The translations under genes were made by a program, and so were the position numbers. A stretch of 64,000 bases of DNA from the IMG/VR virus record IMGVR_UViG_3300016476_001378; one strand, given 5' to 3'. The notes beneath the pieces are model-generated. The model made no database searches. It saw only the letters and a list, made by a program, of their open reading frames with translations, and was not told where the DNA came from. Source of the stretch: a virus (lineage: Duplodnaviria; Caudoviricetes). How positions within the stretch are numbered: the first letter of the stretch is position 1; each line of letters opens with the position of its first letter. This document shows, piece by piece, positions 27,999 to 40,379 of the stretch.

Positions 27999-28508
27999 TC
28001 AAAAATCAAAAGATAATTGTTGATTCTTTATGGTGCGTTTTGTAGTAATACCATGTTTTAAACACATCATAAAATCTTCAAATGAACTGTTTTCTGGCAA
28101 TTCTAAACCAAAATGTCTTAAAGCCAAAGCAGCATTATCACGCAAGTCTTCCGTCATAGTTATAGAATTATGAATTTCCATAAGACCACAATCCATACCC
28201 AAAGTGTAAGCTTCTGTGTCAAATTTGAATAAATTGTACAAAAGATGCCTATAACTTCCCTTATCAACAAATTCATTTACATAAATTTGATTACAAACAT
28301 AATACCAAATCTTAACTCTTTGTTCTTCTGGTAAAGAATTCCATTCTTGTTCGCACAAGGTTCTGAACCCTTGCTTAAATTTTTCTACAGCTTCTTCATA
28401 TTGTGCAGACAATTCAAACAACTCATTCGCATCAGATGGTTTAATTTTTTGTGCTTCCATTAAGCTTTCTATTTTCCTTTGTTTTAAGCTTTCAAAGTCT
28501 TCATTCAT
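27999..28508 (-). CDS. Hypothetical phage protein
   Basis: GSYRHLLY...AYTLGMDCGLMEIHN. Confidence 0.65.
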   Translation of the reverse strand: MNEDFESLKQRKIESLMEAQKIKPSDANELFELSAQYEEAVEKFKQGFRTLCEQEWNSLPEEQRVKIWYYVCNQIYVNEFVDKGSYRHLLYNLFKFDTEAYTLGMDCGLMEIHNSITMTEDLRDNAALALRHFGLELPENSSFEDFMMCLKHGITTKRTIKNQQLSFDF

Positions 28509-28532
28509 TAGTATAGGCCTCTTGTTTTATTT

Positions 28533-28994
28533 TTAAGATAATTTCTCGTATGTCTCATAGAATTCTTTTGCTGCAATTCGGTAAACTTCTTTTTCATCAG
28601 GTAGTGGAGTTACAATGTAATCTCCAGCTTTTAAAACCATGTTTCTGCCCCATTTTGCAACAAACTCCATGTCGGGGCCATAATAGATTACACCCTTAAC
28701 TTTGCCTATAGGCATGTAAACTGCACCGTCTTCAGACCAGTAAAAGAATTTATATCTATTAAAAAACATCTCTTCGGATACAATGTATTTTTCAAGAGCC
28801 TCTGTTTGAAGATTTTGAACGATAAAATCTCCTGGATTCGCATAGTTAGTAGTTTCGAGGCCGTCGGCTGTCCATGTTTCTATAAATTCGCCAGCCTTAG
28901 CTTTCACAGCATAAACCAAAGAACATTTATAGAACACATCACCGCTGCTTTCAATTACAGGGAAAAATAAATCGTAAGCTTGCTGTTGGTTCAT
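28533..28994 (-). CDS. PGDYG-like repeat protein
   Basis: Two repeats: ANPGDFIV...F..RY and KAGDYIV...EFYETY. Confidence 0.6.
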   Translation of the reverse strand: MNQQQAYDLFFPVIESSGDVFYKCSLVYAVKAKAGEFIETWTADGLETTNYANPGDFIVQNLQTEALEKYIVSEEMFFNRYKFFYWSEDGAVYMPIGKVKGVIYYGPDMEFVAKWGRNMVLKAGDYIVTPLPDEKEVYRIAAKEFYETYEKLS

Positions 28995-29017
28995 ACCTTA
29001 TTTATTATGCTGGCGAT

Positions 29018-29410
29018 TTATTCTTCCTCGTCTTCTTCAAGCTCTTCAATCTCATGATTTTTATCAACAAGAAATGAACATTTTGAATAATCCGAATAAA
29101 GAATCATTAAATCCATTAATTGTGCATAGCTTTTCTGACAAGTACAAAAGGGCGTATAGTAATCCAATACTCGTTCATGATCAACAACAAAAAAGGGGGT
29201 TCCATCAAGTTCGATTATGTAGTACTCATGAAGATTTTCCCGAACTTTATAAGCTTTGAATATTTTGCAAGAACTTTCAAAATATTCCCAATTTACATTT
29301 AAGCCTAGATGCATAGGAAAGAGTGTGTAACCAATTGTCCTTAAACTAAAAACTTCTTTTAAAGCAATAGAAGTTTTCTTACTCAAGCCATAAATGTCTA
29401 ATATTTTCAT
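29018..29410 (-). CDS. Hypothetical protein
   Basis: 130-aa ORF. Confidence 0.55.
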   Translation of the reverse strand: MKILDIYGLSKKTSIALKEVFSLRTIGYTLFPMHLGLNVNWEYFESSCKIFKAYKVRENLHEYYIIELDGTPFFVVDHERVLDYYTPFCTCQKSYAQLMDLMILYSDYSKCSFLVDKNHEIEELEEDEEE

Positions 29411-29481
29411 ATTATATGATGGTACATAAAATTTAAAAAAATGAACTTGTAAGTAAAGCTTACAAGTTCATTTTGGTTCAA

Positions 29482-32178
29482 TTATAAGATTTTCACTTTA
29501 GGAAAATCTGTCAATACTTCAAATCCCATGTTGTCCCAATGCCTTTCATCAGCAAAAGGCCTGAAATTAATCCAGTAAGAGTTATCAGGATTCCAAGTCC
29601 TTTGTTCTCCAATCTCATTTAAAGTGTGATAAATTAAATGAGTGTAATTAACATTTATTTCGTCAAATGGAAAATCAACAGGCAATGGAGAGTCTGCAAC
29701 AAGATAGCCGTCTTCTGTGATTATCACTCTGTTTTTAGAAACATAAAGGTCAAATTGAACTCTTCTATCTAATCCCTGCCATGTTCTATTCAAAGGGAAA
29801 TTTTGTCGCTCGACACTAGGTCTAAAGAATATATCTCCCTCATATTTACCTGAAGCTGGATTCTTAACAGCGCGATAAATGATAGAACCAGAGCGAGTGG
29901 AGCAATAAGCATCCATCAATTTAGTTAATGAATCTTTAGATGTCTGTTTGATCCACCAATTGTCAGCAGAAAAATTAATATCATCTAATACTTTTAATGT
30001 ACTATCTGTTAATTCGTACTCTGCAGTATTACCAAATTCACCAAACTTTATCCAGCCTGATTTCATTGTCGCACCAGAATTTAGAATAAACACTGGGAAT
30101 TTATTTCCATCATTGAAGTTTGCAACCCATTTAGCATTAATTTCATTGCCATTTTGAGTCACAGAATCAACAGAGAATGTGCCCACTTTATATTCAGTTG
30201 AATAATCAACTCTTCTGTAAGGTTGTGGATAAGAAAAAATACTATTTCTGTCAGCATACTTTACTGGAATTGAATATGATTTTCTAGAACCGTCAGGATT
30301 GTAGCCAGTATCAACATTTAAAACATGGCTTCCTGAACCAATCGTCCACCTAAATAATTTACCAGAAACAGTATTCCTGTCTATCTTATCTGCTGCCTTG
30401 CCTGAATATACTACTTCATTTGCTGGCAATAATAAAATGTCACACCATCTTCTAGGACTAAAGTGAGGATCAACTTCAAATGTAACATGAAGAACTTTAT
30501 TACCTGTTATGTTTGCAGTTTTCTTGGGGCTCATTAACATGACACCATTACTTTGATGCGCCCAGCCTGGAACTGGCATGGTGGCACCATCATAAAGTGT
30601 ATCCATGAAGTGAGAACCCATTAAGAACACAGTGGAATGATTTGTGTCAAGGTCGTCCAGAAAGAAATTCCACTTATCATTTTCATACCATTTTAAAAAT
30701 AAATAACTTCTGTCCCACCATTGTGTACCAGGGCCCCCTAATCTATACTGAACAATCTCAGGTTTTTGAGGCAATTGAACTATAGGTTGGAAGTTTCTAA
30801 AATTATCAAAGAAAACTTGCTCTCCAGTTAATTTTCTTTCAATTGTAGTAACTCTATAAGGTGCTGATTTTGTAAGAACAATAGGGTTGTTTGAAGGATC
30901 GCCATGGCCGTTTACGCCAGCATGAATTTCCCCATTTAAGCCGCTGGCTCCAGGTCCGACCATACCATCTATTTTTTGGTAAGGCCCCATTTTGTCAAGA
31001 GCTTCAACAATCAGATCATAAGATTGATTAGAAATTAAACCATTCATTTCAACCATGTTGTGACCTGATGAATATTTGACTGAATTTGGATTATTAGCGA
31101 CATAGACACGATAATCTACAGCACCAGGAACAAGATCAAATTTAACTACTACACTATCATCATTAGGAATGTGACCTGTAATGTTGACAGGAGTAGAAAT
31201 GGATTGAGGCGGCCCAAATAAAGTAGTAACATCAATAGATGGCCCAAATGTTTCTTGTTCTGTAAATTTATTATGGTTTACAGAAGAAATAACGTATCTG
31301 TAAGTTTTGCCAGATAACACATTTGTATCTATGTAATATTGAGACCACAACCCAGCGGCGACTTTAACACCATCCCTGTATACATTATAGCTTTCTGGTG
31401 TATTTTGTCCATAAGACTGCTTGTCTTGCCATTTAATAAAGTTTCTGGGTCTACCATTGTTCCATTCACCCCTGGCAACATAATTGCCAGGAGTAGATGG
31501 GTAAGAAGAGAACCAAGAAAAGTTATAATTTGGCGCATACTGTCCAGCCGCCATTGTTAAATTAGAAGGGAGAGACTCAAGCCCGTATTTGTCAACTGCA
31601 GTGACAGTATAAGTCCAGCCCCCTTGCCAGATGTACTTATCAACAGTAAAAGAATTAGTTGTGCTAGAACCTATTTTTGTGTCGTATCTGTAAATGTTAT
31701 AAGACACTACGTTTGGGCTGGAATCCCAAGCTAAAATGTCATAAGCTCCATTGTCCCAAACTCCAAGAGTTCTAAGATTTTTAGGGGCCTCTGGATTCTT
31801 AGCAACAAATAGAGGAATCACAGCAGTTGAAACATTAGAAAACTGGAGATAGCCAGACGGCACAACTCCACAAACATAATAATCCCATTTTTGCTGATAC
31901 TTTACATTTCTATCAATAAAAATGTTTTCATTATTAGTTAATTTTGCGTAAGGTTTATTATAATTTGGTTTAACACCCTGGCCAACTCTGTATATATAAT
32001 ACCTAGTGCATTTGGGAATCAAATCCCATCTTAACTTGACATGATAGTTAGAGGGCGTACCAACGCAATAGCATAATTCCACTTGTGTGGTAAAATTTTT
32101 TACCGCAGGTGGTTTTTGTGCGTAAACACCTGAAACTATAATGTACAAGAAACACCATAGAACAATAGCTTTCTTCAT
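29482..32178 (-). CDS. Large secreted fibronectin type III repeat protein
   Basis: Signal peptide; several FN3 repeats (W..., YNIYR, YTVTAVD..GLES, YNVYRDG). Confidence 0.75.
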   Translation of the reverse strand: MKKAIVLWCFLYIIVSGVYAQKPPAVKNFTTQVELCYCVGTPSNYHVKLRWDLIPKCTRYYIYRVGQGVKPNYNKPYAKLTNNENIFIDRNVKYQQKWDYYVCGVVPSGYLQFSNVSTAVIPLFVAKNPEAPKNLRTLGVWDNGAYDILAWDSSPNVVSYNIYRYDTKIGSSTTNSFTVDKYIWQGGWTYTVTAVDKYGLESLPSNLTMAAGQYAPNYNFSWFSSYPSTPGNYVARGEWNNGRPRNFIKWQDKQSYGQNTPESYNVYRDGVKVAAGLWSQYYIDTNVLSGKTYRYVISSVNHNKFTEQETFGPSIDVTTLFGPPQSISTPVNITGHIPNDDSVVVKFDLVPGAVDYRVYVANNPNSVKYSSGHNMVEMNGLISNQSYDLIVEALDKMGPYQKIDGMVGPGASGLNGEIHAGVNGHGDPSNNPIVLTKSAPYRVTTIERKLTGEQVFFDNFRNFQPIVQLPQKPEIVQYRLGGPGTQWWDRSYLFLKWYENDKWNFFLDDLDTNHSTVFLMGSHFMDTLYDGATMPVPGWAHQSNGVMLMSPKKTANITGNKVLHVTFEVDPHFSPRRWCDILLLPANEVVYSGKAADKIDRNTVSGKLFRWTIGSGSHVLNVDTGYNPDGSRKSYSIPVKYADRNSIFSYPQPYRRVDYSTEYKVGTFSVDSVTQNGNEINAKWVANFNDGNKFPVFILNSGATMKSGWIKFGEFGNTAEYELTDSTLKVLDDINFSADNWWIKQTSKDSLTKLMDAYCSTRSGSIIYRAVKNPASGKYEGDIFFRPSVERQNFPLNRTWQGLDRRVQFDLYVSKNRVIITEDGYLVADSPLPVDFPFDEINVNYTHLIYHTLNEIGEQRTWNPDNSYWINFRPFADERHWDNMGFEVLTDFPKVKIL

Positions 32179-32248
32179 AACACACCTCCCCAGGTTTATT
32201 TTTGTGATGAGAGCTATTGTTTTATTCTGTATTTATAAGGCTTCCTCT

Positions 32249-32482
32249 TTATTTTTCCAGTGGTTTGACTGTGATTAATTCTGCTTCTTCATGCCTCAAT
32301 GCAATGAAGAAACCCCTAATTGAAATTTCTAGGGGCCCCTTATTACAACTATGTCTGACTATTTTTACAATTGTATCTTTTGTAAAACCAAGTTCAGAAA
32401 GTCTATTTCTAATTTCTCCAGAAACCTGGACTACAGAATAGTCCAAACCTTCTTTCCCGCAGCATAATTGTGTAGTATTCAT
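32249..32482 (-). CDS. feoA: FeoA ferrous iron transport protein A
   Basis: RNRLSELGF...GPLEISIRGFFIALRHEEAELI. Confidence 0.85.
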   Translation of the reverse strand: MNTTQLCCGKEGLDYSVVQVSGEIRNRLSELGFTKDTIVKIVRHSCNKGPLEISIRGFFIALRHEEAELITVKPLEK

Positions 32483-32511
32483 ATTAATATAATTCTGTTT
32501 TTAGGTGTGAT

Positions 32512-32808
32512 TTACCACCATAAATTAAACCAAAGTTCTGAAAGAATTTTGATAGCTTTTTTAGCATTTTCTATTCTTGCTATTTGTTCGACAAGGCTTG
32601 TCTGTTTGTCATCTTCTAGGTAATAATCTTTCAAAGACTTTAAAATGAAATTTAACTTTTCATCATAAGATTCTGATGTCTCACCATCTGGGTAACCATT
32701 TTTTAATTCTATAAACTTCTCTAGCCTTGGTATTAAAAAGACTGCCAACGTATGGTCTAGATTAGCAGTCTTTTTAATATCAAAATTATAATCTAGTTTA
32801 TCATTCAT
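32512..32808 (-). CDS. Hypothetical phage protein
   Basis: NLDHTLA...PRL..F...GYP...WFNLWW; start probably MNDK overlapping the upstream stop. Confidence 0.65.
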   Translation of the reverse strand: MNDKLDYNFDIKKTANLDHTLAVFLIPRLEKFIELKNGYPDGETSESYDEKLNFILKSLKDYYLEDDKQTSLVEQIARIENAKKAIKILSELWFNLWW

Positions 32809-33002
32809 GGTATGTCTTGTATCTTTGTGCATTTCTTATAATCAGATTTTTCTTCGTTAAGAATAATAAATTTTTCAAATCCACTGCCACCGCAGCGACC
32901 AGCACCTTTGCCCTTACATTCACAAATGCCAATAGGTTTACCATGGCGAATAATCAATTTGTCGCCGTGTTGCTCTTTAAGTTCTTTAATCTTGTCTTCC
33001 AT
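32805..33002 (-). CDS. Small Cys-rich (zinc-binding-like) protein
   Basis: CECKGKGAGRCGGSG; GGAG SD. Confidence 0.55.
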   Translation of the reverse strand: MEDKIKELKEQHGDKLIIRHGKPIGICECKGKGAGRCGGSGFEKFIILNEEKSDYKKCTKIQDIP

Positions 33003-33264
33003 TTATTTTCTCCTTACATAATTTTATGTCAAAATCAATCTCAACCATAATTAAAATATTAGTACATGGCATGCCATAATGATCTAATGAAACAGGATGG
33101 CAAGCTAGAATTGGCTCTTCTTCATCAAAATAAAAGTGAAAATCATAATCAGAGTTGCCAAAAGACAACTCTTCACATGGCATGCTTCTATAAAAGAAAT
33201 CAGCAAACTCTAAATCAAAAGCTAATTGTGCTTGCTCTTTATCAATGTAATCAAATAACATCAA
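32986..33264 (-). CDS. Hypothetical protein
   Basis: Acidic 92-aa ORF within operon. Confidence 0.5.
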   Translation of the reverse strand: MMLFDYIDKEQAQLAFDLEFADFFYRSMPCEELSFGNSDYDFHFYFDEEEPILACHPVSLDHYGMPCTNILIMVEIDFDIKLCKEKINGRQD

Positions 33265-33850
33265 AAAAGCTTTCTAGGTTCACAAATTTATTATTATAAA
33301 AATGATTCTCTCTAAATTCTTGAATGGATTCATAATATTGGAATCTATCATTAAAAAAGATAATTCTTGGCTTTTCGCCCATTTGGGTTAACACTTTATT
33401 AAAAATTAAGCGGCCTGTTCTGCCATTGCCATCAATGAATGGATGTATAACTTCAAACATATTATGGGAAATTAAAGCTATTTCAAGGGGCGAAAGCTTG
33501 CTTTCATTCATTAACTTCTCTGTGTAATAAAACCAAGAATCAGCCATGAGCTCTGACAACAAATAAGATGCAGGGCATGCTTCACCACCAATGTAGACAT
33601 CACAATTTCTATAGCAACCACTGTTGTGGCCGTTCTCAAAAAATGGTATGCCCCGAGTTAATACTCTGTGTATGTCTAATGCTGTGTAAGGCCCGATGTT
33701 CCAATCTTTAGAAAGAACAAATTCCAAAGCGTCCATTTGATTCTGATACATTAAATCGTTAGGATCTGTGCCATCAAATCCAGGCTGTGGATCAATCTTA
33801 TTAGACTCAACTACAAAAAGATGCTCAAAGGTGTTATTTAAAAAATTCAT
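33251..33850 (-). CDS. Fic/DOC domain protein
   Basis: Canonical HPFIDGNGRTGR. Confidence 0.92.
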   Translation of the reverse strand: MNFLNNTFEHLFVVESNKIDPQPGFDGTDPNDLMYQNQMDALEFVLSKDWNIGPYTALDIHRVLTRGIPFFENGHNSGCYRNCDVYIGGEACPASYLLSELMADSWFYYTEKLMNESKLSPLEIALISHNMFEVIHPFIDGNGRTGRLIFNKVLTQMGEKPRIIFFNDRFQYYESIQEFRENHFYNNKFVNLESFFDVI

Positions 33851-33902
33851 TATTGTCTCCAGAGCTTAAAAAGCCCTCTACTATAGAGGGCCCTTTTTGT
33901 TT

Positions 33903-34307
33903 TTATGATAGATTATCTTTCGCCCGCTGCATCATTGAACTAATAGATTTTAATCGCTCTTCTTGGCGGGCAGATTTGGGCTCTATAATACTTTCTATAG
34001 AATTCATAGACCTTATAATAGAGTCGCTTGTAGATGAAACTAAATCAGCCTCAAAGCTAAATGAAAGAGAAAAGTCATTATCAGGTTCAATTCTAAAATT
34101 AGCCCTCAAGCAATTATTTGAATAAGAAGTTTGACGAATAGAGGCCATCTTTAAAACAAACTCTGCTGTTTCACAAATTTGTGAAATTGAAGGGGCCGAT
34201 AGATCATTGGCTTCATAAAGCTTTTGTATTTTTACAAAAGTACCATTATCCCAACAATCTCTAATAATCTTTTGAATCGCGTTCTCAATAAGGTTTTTAT
34301 CTATCAT
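33903..34307 (-). CDS. Hypothetical protein
   Basis: 134-aa ORF. Confidence 0.55.
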   Translation of the reverse strand: MIDKNLIENAIQKIIRDCWDNGTFVKIQKLYEANDLSAPSISQICETAEFVLKMASIRQTSYSNNCLRANFRIEPDNDFSLSFSFEADLVSSTSDSIIRSMNSIESIIEPKSARQEERLKSISSMMQRAKDNLS

Positions 34308-34325
34308 GTAAAGATTATCGGTTAT

Positions 34326-34715
34326 TTAAGCTGGTGGGAACACATCATACCTAACCCAAGGATCATAAAAATGCTTTTTCAATTTACAAAATTCTTCATA
34401 GGTATCTAGGTTTTCTCCAGTATAAATTACACCAAGGTCATGTGCATCAGTAAAAACATTTGTCGAATTAAACTTTGTATGGCTCAATTTCGCTTCAATA
34501 ATAGATTTGCCATAATAATCATTCTCTAATTTAGCTGAAACCTTCAAGGTAGCATTGGTATGTAATGCAGTAATAATAAAGCTGAATGTAAGACCGTAAC
34601 GATTTTGTTTTTCAGAATAATCAAGAAACAGAGTTTTATAAGGGGCTTGTGGTTTAAGCAGAATGTTTTTATCTTGTATGACATCTTGAATCAATTGAAT
34701 TAAGTTAGTTTCCAT
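34326..34715 (-). CDS. Hypothetical protein
   Basis: 129-aa ORF; TATAAT 9 nt upstream. Confidence 0.55.
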   Translation of the reverse strand: METNLIQLIQDVIQDKNILLKPQAPYKTLFLDYSEKQNRYGLTFSFIITALHTNATLKVSAKLENDYYGKSIIEAKLSHTKFNSTNVFTDAHDLGVIYTGENLDTYEEFCKLKKHFYDPWVRYDVFPPA

Positions 34716-34738
34716 AATGATGATATTATAAAATTAAA

Positions 34739-35692
34739 ATGAATGATGTTCAAAAAGTTTATCAATTAAAAGAAAGATTTTCTTCTTTAAACCACGCTCT
34801 TTATGGGCCCCCTTTAAAGATTTTAATAACATTCCGCTACGGGTTTGGATTTTTAAGGAATGGGGCAATGAGATGTATCTATAACATCTTTGAAGTCCTT
34901 AAAAGTAGAGGGCATAAAATCACATTAATCTTTGATAATCAATTCAAACATTTTAATGAAGACCCAAGCTCAAATCAAGATTATGATTTGTTTATTGTCA
35001 ATCACGCAGATCATTTTAAATCATTAAATTTAGATACCAAAGGCAAGCCAATTATTCACCTTGTACATTCAGAATTCTTTGAAATAGACAAACCCTTAGT
35101 TGGTTATGAAAACATAAAGTATGTTGCTGTACGCACTGAAATTAAAGATTATTTAATCAATCATTATTCCATAGATGAAAGTTCAATTAGTATTATTCTA
35201 AACCCCATTGATGTAACTAAATTTAACCCACTGATAACAGAAGAAGATAAAGAAATAGTAAAACAAATGGGCCTCAATAATTTTGGTTTATTTGCTGGCA
35301 CATTTATGTATCTAAGAGAAAAACCATCTATTAACTTCGCAATGCTGTGTAAAGCTAAAGGTATAAAATCGGTTTATGTGGGTGAACTTGTCAATGATAA
35401 AAATCGCCAGCTTTTAGAACAACATTTTGATTTAGTTTTGCCATTTAATGATAAAGTTGATTCATTATTCAAAATGGCCCAAATCACAGGCGGGATTCAA
35501 AAAGGCAGAACTTACTGGGAAGGCAAGTTGTGCAAAAAGACAGTTTTTGAATTCATGGTTGATTCAGATGGAGAAATCTATGATCTATTAATTGAAACAG
35601 GTTCAGATGAAGATGCTGAAATAGTAAAAAAGATTGTAGAGCCTACTTTTGTTACAGAATTGATACTTGATTTAGCATTGAACTCTTTATAA
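34739..35692 (+). CDS. GT-B (GT4-like) glycosyltransferase
   Basis: LKILI...LKSRGHKITL, IIHLVHS, ILNPIDVTKF, GRTYWEG. Confidence 0.6.
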   Translation: MNDVQKVYQLKERFSSLNHALYGPPLKILITFRYGFGFLRNGAMRCIYNIFEVLKSRGHKITLIFDNQFKHFNEDPSSNQDYDLFIVNHADHFKSLNLDTKGKPIIHLVHSEFFEIDKPLVGYENIKYVAVRTEIKDYLINHYSIDESSISIILNPIDVTKFNPLITEEDKEIVKQMGLNNFGLFAGTFMYLREKPSINFAMLCKAKGIKSVYVGELVNDKNRQLLEQHFDLVLPFNDKVDSLFKMAQITGGIQKGRTYWEGKLCKKTVFEFMVDSDGEIYDLLIETGSDEDAEIVKKIVEPTFVTELILDLALNSL

Positions 35693-35718
35693 TTTTAATT
35701 GTTTTGTAGAGGTTACAA

Positions 35719-37566
35719 ATGTACAAAGAACATCAGATTGTAAGCGTGACTCCTGCCGGGAGAAAATATTGCTTAGAGATACTTGCTAATCATCTCTTAA
35801 ATTTGCAAGATATTATAGACGAACATCATTTTTGGGTTAATACAAAATCTGATTCTGACATTCAATACATGAAATCACTTAGTGAATCTTATCCTAATTT
35901 CTTTAAATTAATTTACCATGAAACAGATGATTCTTCTGCTTATAACAACTTAGACATTTATAAATTCTTTAAAAACTATACCGATGAAAACACTGTCTAC
36001 ATAAGATTTGATGATGATATTGTATGGGTTGACAACGAAGATAAATTAAAAGATTTTATTCAATTTAGAATAGATAATCCACAATATTTTTTAATCTTTG
36101 CAAACATCATCAACAATGGCATTTGTAATTACATCCATCAAAGAACAGGGGCCCTAAAAAGATTTAATGAATGCTTTAACCCAAATGATTATTTCTTAAA
36201 AGATGTTGCAAGCCAAGGTAATGATTGGTTCCATAATGAAGCGCTTGGAAGATCCGCTTGGAATAAAAATTATTTTGCGCCAGAATCCATAAATGAGAAT
36301 GGTTTATTTGCTTATAACGCATTGAATTATTCATGGTTTGACGCTGAAGTTAGTAAAGAAGTTCATGATAATTTTATCAATAAAGTAAAAAAGAATGATC
36401 TAGATAAATTTAGATTTGGGATTTGGGAATTATCTGATTTTGAAAGAGTTAGCATTAATTGTATTAGTTGGTTAGGAAGTGAATTTAAAAAATTTGATGG
36501 CATTGTAGGAATAGATGAAGAGAAATGGCTCAGCGTCACAAAACCAACGGAAATTAAAAAAATTAATTGTATCTATGGTAATTTTATTGTTTCACATTAT
36601 GGTTTCGGACACCAGCATGAGCCATTAACTAAAGATGGCTACATTAACAAATACAGTAATTTTAAATATCAAACTATAGAAGAAATGCCTGAATTCCCAA
36701 GGTGTAAAATATCTTCACTTGTAGAAATTCAAGCAATTGATCAAAAAGCTTATCACACAACAACTAAAAAAGATTTAAAAGATTTTACATTTGTCATACC
36801 TATACAAATAGATTCAGAAGAGCGTTCAAATAACTTCTATACATGTATAGGGGCCCTTAATAAAATCTGTGATACAAACATTTTAATTGTTGAACATGAT
36901 AAAGAATCAAAGATTAAAAATCTACCAGCAAATTGTAACCACATTTTTGTCAAACAAGAAAATGATTATTTTGCAAGAAATAAAATTTTAAACTTAGGCT
37001 ACAAAAACTGCAAGACCAAATTTGCTGCTAATTTTGAAGCTGATTGCGTACTATCGCCAAATGGATTATTTGAGGCCGTAGAAGCTTTAAGAGCAGGGCA
37101 TAAATTTGCTATTCCCTATGCTTACTTTGCGCTATTTATGAGTCAGAAAGTTAGTGACCATTTTATCTCAACTTTTGAATTGCCTTTATTCTGGAAAGAT
37201 TATTATGGTATAGAATTTTTATCAGAGTATGGAGAAAACACAAAGGCTCATTGGAAAACTTTTACATTTCACAATGGATTATGTTTCTTGTTTGAATTAG
37301 AGGCTTATAAGAAGTGTGGTTATGAAAATGAATTTATGGTTCAGCATGGCTGGGACGACTATGAGCATTACCTAAGAGTTAAAAAGCTAGGTTATGAGAT
37401 TTACAATTCATCAGGGATGTGTTATCATCTATACCACAGTAGGAAAGCAACAACTAATAATTGGTATGGTAAAAACAATTTATCTCGAAAAGAATTTTTT
37501 AGAATAGCCAACTTATCTGATAAGAAGTTAAAAGAAGAAGTTAAATCTTGGGAGTGGATTAACTAA
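35719..37566 (+). CDS. Two-domain glycosyltransferase (GT-A plus GT2/GT7-like)
   Basis: TPAGR, YIRFDDD, SINCISW; second domain FTFVIP, EAD, NEF..HGWDD, HLYH. Confidence 0.75.
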   Translation: MYKEHQIVSVTPAGRKYCLEILANHLLNLQDIIDEHHFWVNTKSDSDIQYMKSLSESYPNFFKLIYHETDDSSAYNNLDIYKFFKNYTDENTVYIRFDDDIVWVDNEDKLKDFIQFRIDNPQYFLIFANIINNGICNYIHQRTGALKRFNECFNPNDYFLKDVASQGNDWFHNEALGRSAWNKNYFAPESINENGLFAYNALNYSWFDAEVSKEVHDNFINKVKKNDLDKFRFGIWELSDFERVSINCISWLGSEFKKFDGIVGIDEEKWLSVTKPTEIKKINCIYGNFIVSHYGFGHQHEPLTKDGYINKYSNFKYQTIEEMPEFPRCKISSLVEIQAIDQKAYHTTTKKDLKDFTFVIPIQIDSEERSNNFYTCIGALNKICDTNILIVEHDKESKIKNLPANCNHIFVKQENDYFARNKILNLGYKNCKTKFAANFEADCVLSPNGLFEAVEALRAGHKFAIPYAYFALFMSQKVSDHFISTFELPLFWKDYYGIEFLSEYGENTKAHWKTFTFHNGLCFLFELEAYKKCGYENEFMVQHGWDDYEHYLRVKKLGYEIYNSSGMCYHLYHSRKATTNNWYGKNNLSRKEFFRIANLSDKKLKEEVKSWEWIN

Positions 37567-38377
37567 CTCCCAAATAAGATTCTCCATCTGTGCGATCTAA
37601 GTGTATTAAGAGAGCAACATCCTGGCCCCTATAAATATTATGATTCATAGAATAAAGAGCTTTAATGTTTTTGTTTACATCTTCCCAAATTTCTAGGGGG
37701 CAATCTTCTAAACTAAAATTATAATTTATTTCTATAATTTGGTAATCGTGTTCTAATACACAAAAGTAATTATAAGACAATGTATCAAACAAATTATAAT
37801 CATAATAGAAAATTATTTCTAAAATCCTTTGATTAAAATTGGTAAAATTAAAAAAATCAATAGTGGTTTTCTTCTCATAGATTGGAATTTCGCTCAGCCA
37901 AAAATAAACATTCTTGTAGCGATTTAACTTATAAAAAGACCCATGTTGATTCACAAGCTTCATTGATGCCTCTATAATGTTATGAGAAATTTGCAATGAA
38001 GATCTCCCACCTACAAAAGTCTTTTGATCACAAAAAGACTTACAAGCTTTATAGAATAAATCAACATTAATTATTTTAAAGTCTGCGTCTAGTGGGATAA
38101 TAAAATCATAATCATTAATAAGTTTAGATACAAAATAAATCTTTTTAATTACTGGCATTAAATTCTTTTTAAGAATCAAATCTATTATTTCAGCTTTGAA
38201 ATAATCAGATAAAACAAAATAATTAAAATCTAAAACATAAGTTTTTTGGTATAGATCTTTTTCATAGTGATTTGTGAAAATCACATAAAAGTCTATTTTA
38301 TCTTTTAAAGAATTAATAACATCCACCGCGTAATTAAACTTTGGTGGATGTATTGGTAATAAAACTGCAATTTTCAT
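37559..38377 (-). CDS. Hypothetical glycosyltransferase-like protein
   Basis: KIAVLLPIHPPK, IPLDAD. Confidence 0.5.
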   Translation of the reverse strand: MKIAVLLPIHPPKFNYAVDVINSLKDKIDFYVIFTNHYEKDLYQKTYVLDFNYFVLSDYFKAEIIDLILKKNLMPVIKKIYFVSKLINDYDFIIPLDADFKIINVDLFYKACKSFCDQKTFVGGRSSLQISHNIIEASMKLVNQHGSFYKLNRYKNVYFWLSEIPIYEKKTTIDFFNFTNFNQRILEIIFYYDYNLFDTLSYNYFCVLEHDYQIIEINYNFSLEDCPLEIWEDVNKNIKALYSMNHNIYRGQDVALLIHLDRTDGESYLGVS

Positions 38378-38413
38378 AAGAATAAAGCCTCACAATTAGC
38401 GAGACTTATAATT

Positions 38414-38689
38414 TTAAGCGCCCGGTGACATTAACATTTGAAGGACAAGAAAAACAACAGCAATTACTGATAAAATAACACCTGTGTTATTACCCTTTTT
38501 GACAAGCTTTTCTGCATCTTCAGCAGAATACTTCGCATCTTTAGTGTTTGGAAGAAATGCCATCCAAATAAGACCTAAGACAGAAGAAGCAAAGAACCAA
38601 TTCCAGAATGTATAACCCTTGGATTCTGCCCACTTGCCAATCGCAACACCAATACCTACCAAAAAGATAAGAACAATTACTAAATTCAT
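38414..38689 (-). CDS. Small membrane protein
   Basis: Three hydrophobic segments; AESKGY..W.W. Confidence 0.6.
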   Translation of the reverse strand: MNLVIVLIFLVGIGVAIGKWAESKGYTFWNWFFASSVLGLIWMAFLPNTKDAKYSAEDAEKLVKKGNNTGVILSVIAVVFLVLQMLMSPGA

Positions 38690-38785
38690 TTCATTTTCTC
38701 CTTCGCAGTGTGTAACTGCGTTTATTAATTTATTATCGTATGCTTTAAAATAAATAAAACTAAAGGGGGCAATTGCCCCCTTTTA

Positions 38786-40379
<1,594 letters not shown>

